64,000 bases of DNA. It comes from Rhynchopus sp. YZ270_cl-10. Taxonomy: Eukaryota. The translations under genes were made by a program, and so were the position numbers. The stretch covers positions 1,054,001 through 1,118,000 of the forward strand of contig OZ037833.1 of NCBI GenBank assembly GCA_964035575.1, written 5' to 3'. Under the pieces are notes generated by a model. The model had not been told where the DNA came from. It did no database searches and saw only the letters and a program-made list of their open reading frames with translations. Below are positions 23,023 through 34,060 of the stretch, in pieces. The first letter of the stretch is position 1. The number at the start of each line of letters is the position of its first letter.

Positions 23023-24797
23023 GAGGGGAGGGGGAGGAGGGCAGAGAGAGTGGTGAAGCAATGCGGAAGATGACGGAAAACAACAGAGGGAATGAGAGAG
23101 GGAGGGGGTGTGTATGTGTGTGTGACCCCCCACCACCACACCGCACACCACTCACAAGAAATACGCGAAGAGGAAAACCCCCAGGGTTGGGTTGGCTTCG
23201 AGGGAGAGGGGCTGAAGTTGGTGGTAGGTTGGGTGGCAAAGAGAGAATATGGGGGATTGACCCAGGGCTAACACATGGAGACAGAAGGTGTGGAGAGGGA
23301 ACTGCAGTGGCAGAAAGTGGGTGCTGCTGGCCCCTCAGTCCAACAACATGGGAGAAGCGGACGAGGTGTCAACCCCTGTGACGGTCCCACAACTCTCACT
23401 GTAGATGCAACCACTGCCGTCGCAGAACCCCACCCACCCATGACACCACCCCCACAGCGGGAATCAAACCAGGACGGCTGTGACCTCCTTGATGCACCTG
23501 GTAATCGTACTTAGCTGGGGACCACGTTGCGTGATAAGAATCGCTGACCCGCTTCTCCAACATAGTCTGCAGCCATATGCCGACCCATCCTCCCGGGTCT
23601 GCTCCCTTACCATCCGCCGTACCACCAACCATGTGTGCATGTGGGCCCCTCCCACCCTGCCCAAGGTACAAAGCCAAAGCCACCGCCTGCTACCCAAGAA
23701 CCCATCAGAGGCCATGTGCGGGGTGCCCACAACTCTCGCGTTGCATCGTTCTGAACCCCACCCTACCACTGCAACCCAATCGCTCATTGTTCCTCTGTTC
23801 GAACCCTCTCCTCTCGTCCAGACAGTTCGAGCAGATTCCACCCACCCTCAACCCACGCAGCTTTTCTATGGGTGGATCACAAAGGCCACATGCGCAGCTT
23901 TTGAGATAGGCCCACTACGTCGAGACCTAAGTCCAGAACCTAGCTCGCAACCCCATCAGGCCATGGCTGACCTGTGCATGCAGCACAGTTCTTGCCGAAA
24001 CCTGCAAACGCTCACCCTCCCCGATTCGCAACCCGCTCACATCTCTTACCACACCACGGAGCCACGTGCTCACATTGCCTCAGCAAAACCCCTGCTGTGT
24101 CTGACGGGACAGTGGTATTTTGCATGATTCCGAAGTATCAAGCAGCGCCCCTACAGTCCGCAGGCAGCTAACACCCCCCCTCCCCTCCCGCTAATGCTCA
24201 CTCACAAATGCATTTCGATGGATGCCATCATCAAAGCAAATGCATCAGAATGCAGTACTGCCACCATTTACCATCCCACCCCCTCTAGCTGCAGTGCTGA
24301 TAATATACAGACGCCCTCCGCCCCCACAACACTGTACAATATTCCACACACACACAGCCTTTCAAAGCACCCCCACACACAACATTCTGATATAGTCATA
24401 CCCCATTCTCAGGTAATATTCCGCTCAGGAAAATGCCTCGCAACAATGGTTTTGCCAAAGGACACATCACCCACCCCCACCCCACCCCCCCACCCTTTGA
24501 TAAGTCAGTCCCGTCCACGCTCATCCCCCTTTCGCCTTTTAAGTGTAAACATCTCACTGTTCATCGCGGAAGCAGGCGCTGTACCAAAAAAACAGGGGAG
24601 GAGCATAAGCAGAAGGCGTGCACGCTCGATTCAGGAAGAAAGGGAAATGTGAAAGGTTTAAAAAAAAGGGGGGGAGGGAGGAGGGGGAAGAGTGGTTTCA
24701 ATTATGGGGGTTACTATTTGCGAAGTCATTTTTTGTTTTGTTGGATTTTTGATCCAACTGTTCTTTCTGAAAAATAAACGCGTTTATTTTTTGAATG

Positions 24798-24896
24798 CAG
24801 TAACACAACAAACATCGGTAGGGTAAAAAAACCCTGGAGTTTTTGAAATTCTAAAACCCACCTTAGTTTTTACCACCGGTGTTTGTTGTGTTACTG
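24798..24896. mobile_element. Tc1/mariner-type MITE
   Basis: TIRs CAGTAACACAACAAACA(T/C)CGGT; flanked by TG on the left and TA on the right. Confidence 0.75.
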
Positions 24897-26399
24897 TAAA
24901 CGAAAGTATTTTGCTAATGGGGGAATCTACATAGTCGTTGAGTGGAACTATTTTATTTTATTTTTGAAAACTTGGTTGTATTAGTGTAGCCACCCTAGAG
25001 TGTGCTCCACTATTTTTTTTTGAATTTTTTGGGTATTAGTGCAGACACCGGAGGAAGCCTACACCTTGCTTTTTGTTTGTTTGCGCTTCATAACGTTTTG
25101 ACCGTGCATCGGTGGACGCAGGCACTGGTTCTCCGCGGGTTATCGAATCCCAGGAGGAAAAAGAAAAAGAAAAATTGTAGCGCTGATCGACGAAGGCCCG
25201 CAAAAAAAAATAGAAAACGACTTCAGGATATGACAGTTAAATGAAATAAAGAAAACACTTTTTCGTTTATCGCACCGCAAAAGGTTTGTGTTTTTCACTG
25301 ATGAATGTGAGTGATGTTAGTGGAAAAACAATACGCTAAAGCGGGCACGCACCATCCGTCGTTTTCCATTTCTATTCGTCAATGCTTGATAACACAAAAA
25401 AAAAAAAAAACAACTTTTGGTGCAATGACCGGCGCACCGGGATGGACACCCAACCATGCAGTCCATCCATTTCGTGGTCTACATCTGAAGAAAAAAATAA
25501 CGTTGACCAACCTCGTTCACCACAACCCCTCCCCCATTTACTGATAGCTGTGTGGTGTGTTCCGATAATCACCTACCTATATACGAAACACACCAAAAAA
25601 GAAGTTGTTAGATTTTAGAGTTCTAATTTTATTTCTTTTTGGAGTTTAAGAGTTCTTAGAGTTCTAATTTGATGCGCTCTGATGGTAAAAAAAGGACGCC
25701 AGCATGTTCACATACCCAGCGTAGCCACGATCATCACACCCATCCCACCCCACCCCCTATTTCCTGATGCAGCAAGATTTCATGGCGGAAAATCATTTTT
25801 TTTTCCAGTTTGAAATCTGATGGAAATAATTTGGAAGATAGCCAATAGTCTGGGGTGTTGTTTTTTTTAAATTTTTTTTTGATAAATTGTTTGGAGTAGT
25901 GTAGTTGCCTCGGTTGTGTTGCCACAGTTGTGCAATCTCCACTGTCTTTTTTTTGCCTTCTCGAAAAGGAGGGAAAAGAAAGGCAATAAAAAAACGGCAA
26001 CAAACGGGGGAAATAAGAAAGTTGGGGGGAAAAAATGGCACTTCGCTGTGCTCACTACTGCTAAAAAAATAATATCTTGGTACGATGATCAACGCCTTGG
26101 AGAAAAAATAGAAACTTAACACTCATCACAACGATAAAACCCATGGGAGAGGGGTTGTGGTGAAACGCACACACTGTGTTCAAAATGCTTTGTTTCTATT
26201 TCCTCCTTCATTTCGTGAGGTGGCAAAAAACTAACTCTGTTAAGGGATACCCCCTGAATGGGCTTCACAGGGTGGTGCACATATGCGTATGAGCAAATAG
26301 GAAAAAAACAAACAAAAAGTGAGGTGTGTGCAAAAACGCTTCTGAGACGCAAGGCACGACACTCCTTGGAAAAAGTGGTTATTTTTATTTTTTTACCTA

Positions 26400-26716
26400 A
26401 GGGCTTAGTTATTTTTTTTTTTGGTACGCGTCCGGGACCCCCCTCAAATTTTGAGCGCGCGCGCGCAAAAAAAAATAAAATACCAAAAAAAAATAACTTG
26501 TTTTGGCCTGCAAAATCAATGTTGTGCCCAAAAAAAAATATTTCGAAAAAAAATATTCGAAAAAAAAAAAATGTTGAAATTTTCCAACTTTTTTTTTATA
26601 CTTTTCCATGCACACCACACCGGCATATTTTTTTTTATTTTTTATTTTTTATTTTTGGATTTCCAAAAATTTGAGCGCGCGCGGACGCGTACCAAAAAAA
26701 AAAATAACTAAGCCCT
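26400..26716. mobile_element. TIR element (AGGGCTTAG termini)
   Basis: AGGGCTTAGTTA-Tn-GGTACGCGTCCG is mirrored by CGGACGCGTACC-An-TAACTAAGCCCT; no TSD seen. Confidence 0.7.
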
Positions 26717-26806
26717 AACTCGGATTCCCCAGCCTGGATACGAGACAGAAAACAAAAAATGTGCGCTCTGCACACTGCAATATATAGTAAAAAAAGTAAG
26801 AGAAGT

Positions 26807-26883
26807 TGGTGGCCGACGACCCCAAAATAGCAGAAAGTAGCAGAAAAATAGCACAACAATAGCACCCCCTTTCAGCCACACCA
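26807..26883. mobile_element. TGGTGTGGC-TIR family MITE
   Basis: TGGTGGCCGA...TCAGCCACACCA; 5-bp TSD GAAGT at 26802-26806 and 26884-26888. Confidence 0.75.
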
Positions 26884-27576
26884 GAAGTTGTGCAAACGCC
26901 TCACCGTTCATCAGCGGACGCAGGCACTGATTCTCCGTGGGTTATCTTTAAACAAAGGTTGAAAGATGAGGAAGCTTCACGTGCACATATATCTCAAACA
27001 AAAAAGAAAAAGAAAAAACGTGATCAATCCGTGTAACTGCCCCCTCTAGGCATTTGGCGAGCCACAGAAGGGTTATTGAACCTTGACACGTTGTGTGATA
27101 TTCTAATAGTTTAAAAAAAAAAAAATGGGGGGTGCGCGCAAAAGAGTGGATCCCTACGTGCTACACTAGACGCAAGAAAACACTGCCAGCACGCCACACG
27201 CCCTAGAGAGGGTGTGTGAAGGAAAAAAAAAAAACAAATGATTTTTTGTTGAAAACTTGGTATTAGTGTAGACACCCGAGGATGAACTCCACTATATTTT
27301 TCTTTCCTTTTTTTCTTTTGTAAGATGAGCCGCCTCATATGGGCATCTTAACTATGGGGAGGAAATGTCTCAAAAAAAAAAAGCTGTGTGTAGGAATACA
27401 TAGGTTCTACCTAACTGGGGAAAGTCATCCCCCCAAAAAAAAAAGAAAAAGAAAACCATCAAAATCAAACACATCTGAGCAAAATCTAGTATACGTTTTT
27501 CTTCTTTTTCTTCCCCCCTTCTTCATGACAATTTTTAATCTAATTTATTTACCCCACCCCCACCCCCTCCCAAACC

Positions 27577-30054
27577 TCACCATCCATCTCTGATGTTGAT
27601 GCCTTCTTTTTCGGGGTGTTGCTTTATATCGAGGACTTCCTCATACGTTGAGAGGAGCGTCGCGAAGGCACGCTCCCAGGTGTAGTTCTTCGCCGCAGAC
27701 CGTGCAGCGAGGGAGAGGCGCGCTCGGAGAGATGCGGAGGCGATGAGGGCTTTGAGGTGGTGCACGTAGTCCTCTGTCTTCGAAGGGTCGCAGAGGTAGC
27801 CTGTTGTGCCATGACGAACGAGGTTGGACGTCCCCGACGCATTTGACCCCACAACAGGAAGCCCACTGGACATGGCCTCCAATACAACATTCCCCCAGGT
27901 CTCGGTTGTGCTCGGAAAAAAAAACACATCCGAGCTTGCAAACGCATAGGAGAGCTCCTCTTCGCTCGCACGCCCCAAAAACCTAGAGTCAGGCAGCTCT
28001 TTTTGCAGCCACCCCCTCGCCGCCCCATCCCCTACAATAACGTTCGAAAACACCACCCCCGCAGCTTGAAGCGCCTTGATGACATCCACGTAGACCTTCA
28101 AATTTTTTTCTAACACCAATCTGCTAGCAAACAGCACAACCACCTCGGAGTCTGCCACACCCCGCCAATCAGCACACCGTTTCAAAGGATGGAACACATC
28201 GATATCAACCCCTCTCGCCCAGAGATTAATCCCTGAGGTGATTCCGTTGTCCCTCAATTCATCTTTCACCGCCTCTGTCGGAGGCAATACCCGGGTACAT
28301 CTATTAAAAAACGGCCTCACTGAAAACCAATAAAGCGACTCTAAAAAGGTAAACCCATAATACCTAAAATACGTATTAAACCTGGTGTGGTACGAACAGA
28401 CCGAGGGAATTCCACGGGAGGCACCCCAAGCAATAGCTTCTGCCGCAGCGCTGTCGGGGGTGGCGGAGTGGATGACATCTGGTTTGAACCTCTCCAATTC
28501 CCTCTGACCTTCCTGCCCCAACCCTGAAGCATAGTAGTAATCCCCTTTGCCTAAGACATAACCGCTAACTCCATTTACCTGGACCACCCGGCCGGCAAAG
28601 TTTGGTATCCCGCTTTCTGTAGGACGGTCTGGAGTGAAGACCAACACTTCGTGCCCCTGATGCAATAAAAACCGTACCATTCGGTTTATCGTTAACGCAA
28701 CCCCATCCACTACACCACTGTACACCCCGGTGGTAACTGCAATGCGAAGTTTTCGTTTGCTTATGACCACCTCTTTTGCGACGTGAAGAGCTGACGTATT
28801 TAATGCGGCTTTGCATGGTGGGATTGCAGCATGCGATAACACTTCGGGTGTGCTGTGGCAACAATCTAACATAAAAATCAAAATGCTCACCAATACTGCA
28901 ACCACTACACATCGTCCTGCCTTCAAAAACAACAGAGACGGCGAGCTAGGTGATACGACACTCTGTTTAAAGTTGATTTGGAATAACAACACTAGGCACA
29001 ATGCTGTGATGGTCAAACACAATAGAGGCGGGCCTGATTTGACCAACGGTGCCCAAAGGTCAGATGAAAGCAGCTCCCAACCATTCGCAGGCAGCCACAT
29101 CGACGATCCTCCTACCACTTCATGCGCGGACGGCAGCGGGTGTGTCGTATTCCCCCAGATCACAGACAGATTTGTCACACATCGGCTACGATCAATCATA
29201 TGCTGCCCACTCGCACGCCGCGAGCTAAGACCCGACATCCACAACCCAAACAGCCAAGACCCATAGTCCACCACTTCGTCGGTGGGTGTATAGAACAGCG
29301 GTGGTTCCTTCATGTAGTGTGCAGCAACGAACTGCATTGCCACGTCCTCGCAGTTCGTGTTGTCCTCAACGAGTTGGCGTGACTTCACGACTGCTTGATC
29401 TTCATCAGAGGAATACGCCCGCAGCAACGAAGCAGGAAGGAAGGCCGCCTTCGTCAACACAATGTGGTACTGCTTCCACAACGCTACTGCAGGGTATGCA
29501 CGGTACCGCCATCCCCTCCCCGCCTTCTGTAAGGTCCGTGGAAAAAACCCGACAATCCTCTTAGGCTGCCCCCGCCAAGCATCATGCGCACCGTGCAAAT
29601 CCCGGCACGACACCCTCACATCGTCGTCAATTGAAAACACTGCATCGGTCGTTAAATTCCGCAACATCTTAAACCGTGTGTTCAGAGATGCAGCTGGGTA
29701 GTGTACATCTATGTACACCGGAGCACCATAGCCTGCTCGGAAGGATGGTGGTGTGCGTGCCTCCACCCATACCAGGCGTACTTCGGAGACTCTCCCGCAG
29801 GATCGGTAGTAGTTTGCAGCAGCGAAGGCGGATTTCGGTCGTTTAAAGGTCGATAACACCACAGTGAAGCACGATGCATCACCCCCTTCCTCCCCACCCC
29901 AACACCGTCCCCCATCCACCTGCTGCCTCTGTCTTGCAGCACTCATATCCCCCGACGCAATAAGCTGCTTCACCTGCACACATTCTAAATACGCCAGCAC
30001 CAACACCACAGGAACAAACACAGCTAGGTCCACCCAACGTCTCCATCGAAGCAT
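27577..30054 (-). CDS. Two-domain glycosyltransferase: GT64 (EXTL2-like) plus GT4 (PimA/SQD2-like), 825 aa
   Basis: Signal anchor, then GT64 motifs (SLNTRF, DAVFSIDDD, RIVGFFPR, YHIVLTKAAF, NCEDVAM). Two hydrophobic helices follow, then GT4 motifs (DGVALT, SYHT, SRLVLEKN, FPSTTETWGNVVLEAMSSGLPVV). Confidence 0.88.
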   Translation of the reverse strand: MLRWRRWVDLAVFVPVVLVLAYLECVQVKQLIASGDMSAARQRQQVDGGRCWGGEEGGDASCFTVVLSTFKRPKSAFAAANYYRSCGRVSEVRLVWVEARTPPSFRAGYGAPVYIDVHYPAASLNTRFKMLRNLTTDAVFSIDDDVRVSCRDLHGAHDAWRGQPKRIVGFFPRTLQKAGRGWRYRAYPAVALWKQYHIVLTKAAFLPASLLRAYSSDEDQAVVKSRQLVEDNTNCEDVAMQFVAAHYMKEPPLFYTPTDEVVDYGSWLFGLWMSGLSSRRASGQHMIDRSRCVTNLSVIWGNTTHPLPSAHEVVGGSSMWLPANGWELLSSDLWAPLVKSGPPLLCLTITALCLVLLFQINFKQSVVSPSSPSLLFLKAGRCVVVAVLVSILIFMLDCCHSTPEVLSHAAIPPCKAALNTSALHVAKEVVISKRKLRIAVTTGVYSGVVDGVALTINRMVRFLLHQGHEVLVFTPDRPTESGIPNFAGRVVQVNGVSGYVLGKGDYYYASGLGQEGQRELERFKPDVIHSATPDSAAAEAIAWGASRGIPSVCSYHTRFNTYFRYYGFTFLESLYWFSVRPFFNRCTRVLPPTEAVKDELRDNGITSGINLWARGVDIDVFHPLKRCADWRGVADSEVVVLFASRLVLEKNLKVYVDVIKALQAAGVVFSNVIVGDGAARGWLQKELPDSRFLGRASEEELSYAFASSDVFFFPSTTETWGNVVLEAMSSGLPVVGSNASGTSNLVRHGTTGYLCDPSKTEDYVHHLKALIASASLRARLSLAARSAAKNYTWERAFATLLSTYEEVLDIKQHPEKEGINIRDGW

Positions 30055-30060
30055 CTTGCC

Positions 30061-30110
30061 CTAAGGGAAAGGGAAAAGGGAGGGGGGTATAGGGAGCGCT
30101 GAAGACAGAG
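30061..30110 (-). promoter_or_regulatory. Putative trans-splice acceptor (polypyrimidine tract plus AG)
   Basis: Minus strand reads CCCTCCCTTTTCCCTTTCCCTTAG|GGCAAG-ATG, placing the AG 6 nt upstream of the glycosyltransferase start codon. Confidence 0.55.
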
Positions 30111-30786
30111 CTAACAACCCATTAAAATATAAAGTAGATGGGAGAAGGGAGGAGGGGAGGGGAAGGGGAAGGGCACACTGGAAGGGATAGGGAGAGGATG
30201 GGGGGGGTTTTTGTGTGGTAGTGGTGTTGGGTTTCGGACCTGATTCTGCAGTGCTCATCGTATCGTACTGCGATGCGATATGTTTGGTCGAAAAAAAAGG
30301 GCGCTACTGGTGCTCACGACGACCCTATGTTGCGTAGTTGTTGCGTACTAGGTACTTTTTATTTCTGGGGTACCAGCTACAGAAATTTTGTTTGGGTATA
30401 GACAACAAAAAGTCGCTTTAAAAGAAGGGGCCTTTTTTTTATTAGACACACATATTGTTTCTTAGTGCTACGTTAACCCACCCCCTCGAAAGATGCGTAA
30501 GGACACACCACACACAATTCTAAAAAAAAAAAATACAAAAAAGTGGCCATCTTTCTCAGCACGACTGAGACGACCCTGCGATGCGAGTCTATTACATCGA
30601 GCGACTTTAAAGACAGAGCTTGCACAGGAGGCAACTACACTCCGATACTTCCTCAAAATATTTTTTTTAAATGGTTGTAGACAACAAAAGGTCGCCAATT
30701 TTCAATGAGAGTTGCTATTTTTGGGTAACAAAATTCTCTCCATTCGAGGAGAGCAATTCTTCAAAATAAAAAAAACGCACAACCCA

Positions 30787-33231
30787 TCAAAGAGAAGGTG
30801 TCTCCGAGGACGCGCGCATTGTCCCCGACGCTACCGACGCACCCCCCCACGCCTGCAGCGGTGAGGAGCGAATGCTGTGCGCCGCCGATGGACTTCTCCT
30901 CCTGGGGGACCTGGACGACCTGGACGACCCCCCCTTGGGCGACGCACTCCCACTGCCCCTTCTCTCACCCCCCCCTTTCCCTCGACGCTGCGGACTGCCG
31001 TGCACACCCCCCACTTCAACCCTATACGGGTCTCTAGGCGGAGGAGGTGGAGGAGACCAAGAACGCGACGCTAATGGTGTTGCATCTCTCGCGACAGTGC
31101 GGTACCACGCACGGAACTTCACCATAAAGCGGTTCGTTGCGTCTGCCCGAGAGAGAGAGGATTTGCCTACTGTGTCGGTGCCGATGATGTTTTCGTAGTC
31201 GGTTGCGATTTGCAGAAGTTTTTGTTGCGCTTCGATTCTTTCTGCCTTCATTCTACTGTGGCCTTGCTCCACCCCTCGGATATGTCTTTTAACAGCCTCC
31301 TCACGAATGGCTTCTCCTTCCATCTTTTCATTCATTTGCTTCTCCAATTCTCGCTCTCTAGAGTTCCCTTCTATAAGCTCCTCTTGTAGGAGGTTGCTAT
31401 GGTATTGGCTGCGTTGTGCTTCTTCTGATGCAGTGTTTTGTTGAATTTTAATTTGTTCTTCTAATTCAGCGATTTTGGTGTAAAGAAGAGGGATTTCCAA
31501 GGCTTTCTGCTCTGAGATTTGAAGCCGTTTTTGGGTTGCATCTGTTTCAGCAATTTGATGAGCAAGCTCTGTGGAGGTAGTGGAATTTAGGGATTTGAGA
31601 TTTGCTATGGTAGAGTCCGTTTGCTTGCGGAGGGCTACGGTGTCACGCTCTGCTTGAATTAATTCATCTCCTGTGTATTCAATTTTTGACAACATTTTCG
31701 CAGACACTTTTCTCTCCTTCAATAACGCAGCATTCAGGTCTTCGCACACCCCCCTCATCTTCCCTTCTGCAGTTCTCACCTTTAAAACCTCTTCCCCTAA
31801 CCTCATAATTTCTGTTACCTTTTCGACCCGCTCTTCTTCACATCGTTGCAGTCTGTCTATCAAAGAGGCCTCACTTTGTTGTGTACAGACCGTTTCTGCA
31901 ATGGAGGTGCTAACCGCATCAAGGATAAGGGCAAGGTGCATCGAGGAGGAGACCCATTCGTGGTGAAGGGAGGCGCGGGAAAGTGTCTCTTTGGAAGTGA
32001 GCTCGGAGGTTTCAAGGAGGGTGTCGTGGTGTGTTGTCTCGATAGAGGGTTGTGGGGTGTCTTTGGTTGGTGTAGGTTGTAAGGTGATGGTGTCTTGAAG
32101 TGCGGTGAGTTCCTGGCGGAGTGCGTTCGCTTCGCCTTCTGCGATGGACTGTGCGTGGTGGTGCTGCCGTGTGGCTTGAGCGAGTTTTGTGTTTTCTACT
32201 AATTGTGCCTCAAGTTGTTCTCTCAATTGCTTCGCCTCCGCGGTACTCCGTTTCAAAGCGTTGTTCATCCTCGCCTCTCCCACCGAGAGTGCATTAGCTT
32301 TGAGGGTTTCAATCTCTTTGTGTTGCCTATCCCGCTCTGCATGGGCACAACGTAGCTCCTCATCGCTCGCAAGAAGTTGGGTTTGAAGACGCACCCGATC
32401 TGCCTTCACCCGAACCGCGCTTTTCTCTAGCTCTATCCGTCTGCAGTCTGCTTCACTTATTTTTGTCTGCGCCTCCATAAGGGCTTCTTTAAGCGCTTGG
32501 GAATGAAGGTGTTTTTGACGTTCAATTCGATGAGACTGTTCTTTGAGGGTCATTTCTAGGGCATCTATTTTCAACGCAGCAGACGTACCATCTGCACGCA
32601 ACGCAGCACACTCCAGACGGGATACTTGAGAGCTACGGAAAAGCGCTGCCTTCTCGGACAACGTCTCGGCCAGCTGCGTCTGACATTCCTCAAGCTGCGC
32701 CGTCGCCTCGGTATGCACGGTAATGAGACGTGCCTCTCCAGAGGCTAGCTCAGCATTTAATTCCAAAACCTCTTTATCGCGCGCCGCAAGCAGCACATCA
32801 CCGTCCATCACATCAATCCGATCCCCCACCACCGCATTCAGAGATCGGAAGTACCCTTCCAACCTCTGCACCACAACAGCACTGTGGAAGGAGGCCTCTG
32901 CCTGTGCGAGCTGTACATCGCGCTGCAGGGCATTGATCGTCTCCTGTGCGTCACGCTCTCTGGTGGCGGATTGTCTCTCTCTTGCCTGCGATGCGTCATG
33001 AGAGAGTGCGGGTGATATTGAATCCCTAGGTGGCATCGGGCGTGATGAAGGTATCCGTTGATGAGGAGACATCTGTGAAGGGGGTATGTAGTGTGCGGAA
33101 GGTGACGGTGAAATGGATGGGGATCTGCTGGACAGGCGGTCGGTAGGAGGAGGAGGAGGAGGAGGAGGAGGGCCACGCCGTGATGGTAGTGGTTGCTTGC
33201 TGGGAAGGCTGCCGCCACTGCTGTGGTGCAT
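30787..33231 (-). CDS. Hypothetical coiled-coil protein with Pro/Ser-rich termini, 814 aa
   Basis: Long ATG-initiated ORF; central E/Q/L/A-rich heptad-like region; poly-Pro at both ends. Confidence 0.8.
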   Translation of the reverse strand: MHHSSGGSLPSKQPLPSRRGPPPPPPPPPTDRLSSRSPSISPSPSAHYIPPSQMSPHQRIPSSRPMPPRDSISPALSHDASQARERQSATRERDAQETINALQRDVQLAQAEASFHSAVVVQRLEGYFRSLNAVVGDRIDVMDGDVLLAARDKEVLELNAELASGEARLITVHTEATAQLEECQTQLAETLSEKAALFRSSQVSRLECAALRADGTSAALKIDALEMTLKEQSHRIERQKHLHSQALKEALMEAQTKISEADCRRIELEKSAVRVKADRVRLQTQLLASDEELRCAHAERDRQHKEIETLKANALSVGEARMNNALKRSTAEAKQLREQLEAQLVENTKLAQATRQHHHAQSIAEGEANALRQELTALQDTITLQPTPTKDTPQPSIETTHHDTLLETSELTSKETLSRASLHHEWVSSSMHLALILDAVSTSIAETVCTQQSEASLIDRLQRCEEERVEKVTEIMRLGEEVLKVRTAEGKMRGVCEDLNAALLKERKVSAKMLSKIEYTGDELIQAERDTVALRKQTDSTIANLKSLNSTTSTELAHQIAETDATQKRLQISEQKALEIPLLYTKIAELEEQIKIQQNTASEEAQRSQYHSNLLQEELIEGNSRERELEKQMNEKMEGEAIREEAVKRHIRGVEQGHSRMKAERIEAQQKLLQIATDYENIIGTDTVGKSSLSRADATNRFMVKFRAWYRTVARDATPLASRSWSPPPPPPRDPYRVEVGGVHGSPQRRGKGGGERRGSGSASPKGGSSRSSRSPRRRSPSAAHSIRSSPLQAWGGASVASGTMRASSETPSL

Positions 33232-33377
33232 CGTGGAAAGGGAAAAAGGGTGGGTCCCCCCAAACCTGGTGTTTTGTTGTTGGGATAATGGGGGGGAAGA
33301 GGAAAAGTGGTTTTTTCCAGTCAGATGTGTGCACAGAGTGATTTCCGTGGGGTTTTGGGGCCAAAAATAGCTATTTA

Positions 33378-33520
33378 TTGGAGTGAAAATAAGTCGTTTT
33401 TTTCACCGAGTTGGTGTTTTCAACCCGAGTTACTTTAATTCACGAGCGAAGCGAGTGAATTAAAGTCACGAGTGTTGAAAACACCAACGAGGTGGAAAAA
33501 ACGCTTATTTTCTACTCCAA
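33378..33520. repeat. About 143-bp imperfect palindrome with a central GCGAAGC
   Basis: TTGGAGT..GAAAATAAG..TTGGTGTTTTCAAC..ACTTTAATTCAC is mirrored around GAGCGAAGCGA. Confidence 0.85.
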
Positions 33521-34060
33521 GACATAATTTTATCCATAAGTGTGAAGCTTTATTTTCCGAGCCCGCCCAAGTGTCGTGTGAGACCTGTAGTGTGGATCTC
33601 CAGTGTCTTGCACCGCTTCTTCTGAGCCCAACGCTGTTTGGCCTGTCGACGTACTAAATACGAAGACAGGGGGGCGGTGCCAACAATTTTACAATGATGT
33701 AACGTTTATCTGATTGATTTATCGTTTGATATACCTTGTGTGTCCTACTTCACCTGCACACCCAAGGTTATTGAACGATACTTTCAAGCGATACTTCGTT
33801 ATGTCATTGGGGGTACTGGTACTGGGTACCCGGGGAAAACACGTACGTTTTTGTTCGCGATAACACGCACACTTTTTGTACGTGCTATCGCAATTTACCC
33901 TAAAATGTATTACCTCCGCTGACATAGCTTGAGGGCTACTCCAACAAGTTTGTAGCTACCACCATGCACGCCCCGTCCCCCCACCCCAGTCCAGATACCC
34001 TGGGGGGGAAAAAAAAAACTCAAAAAAAATAGGGTGAGTTTGGGGGTGTTTGGGGGCTTA

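Noticed and set aside
26890..26946. CTGATGA on the minus strand of repeat family D as a hammerhead ribozyme core or snoRNA box C
   Set aside because: No GAAA after a stem II, no box D partner, and the motif is not conserved in all copies.
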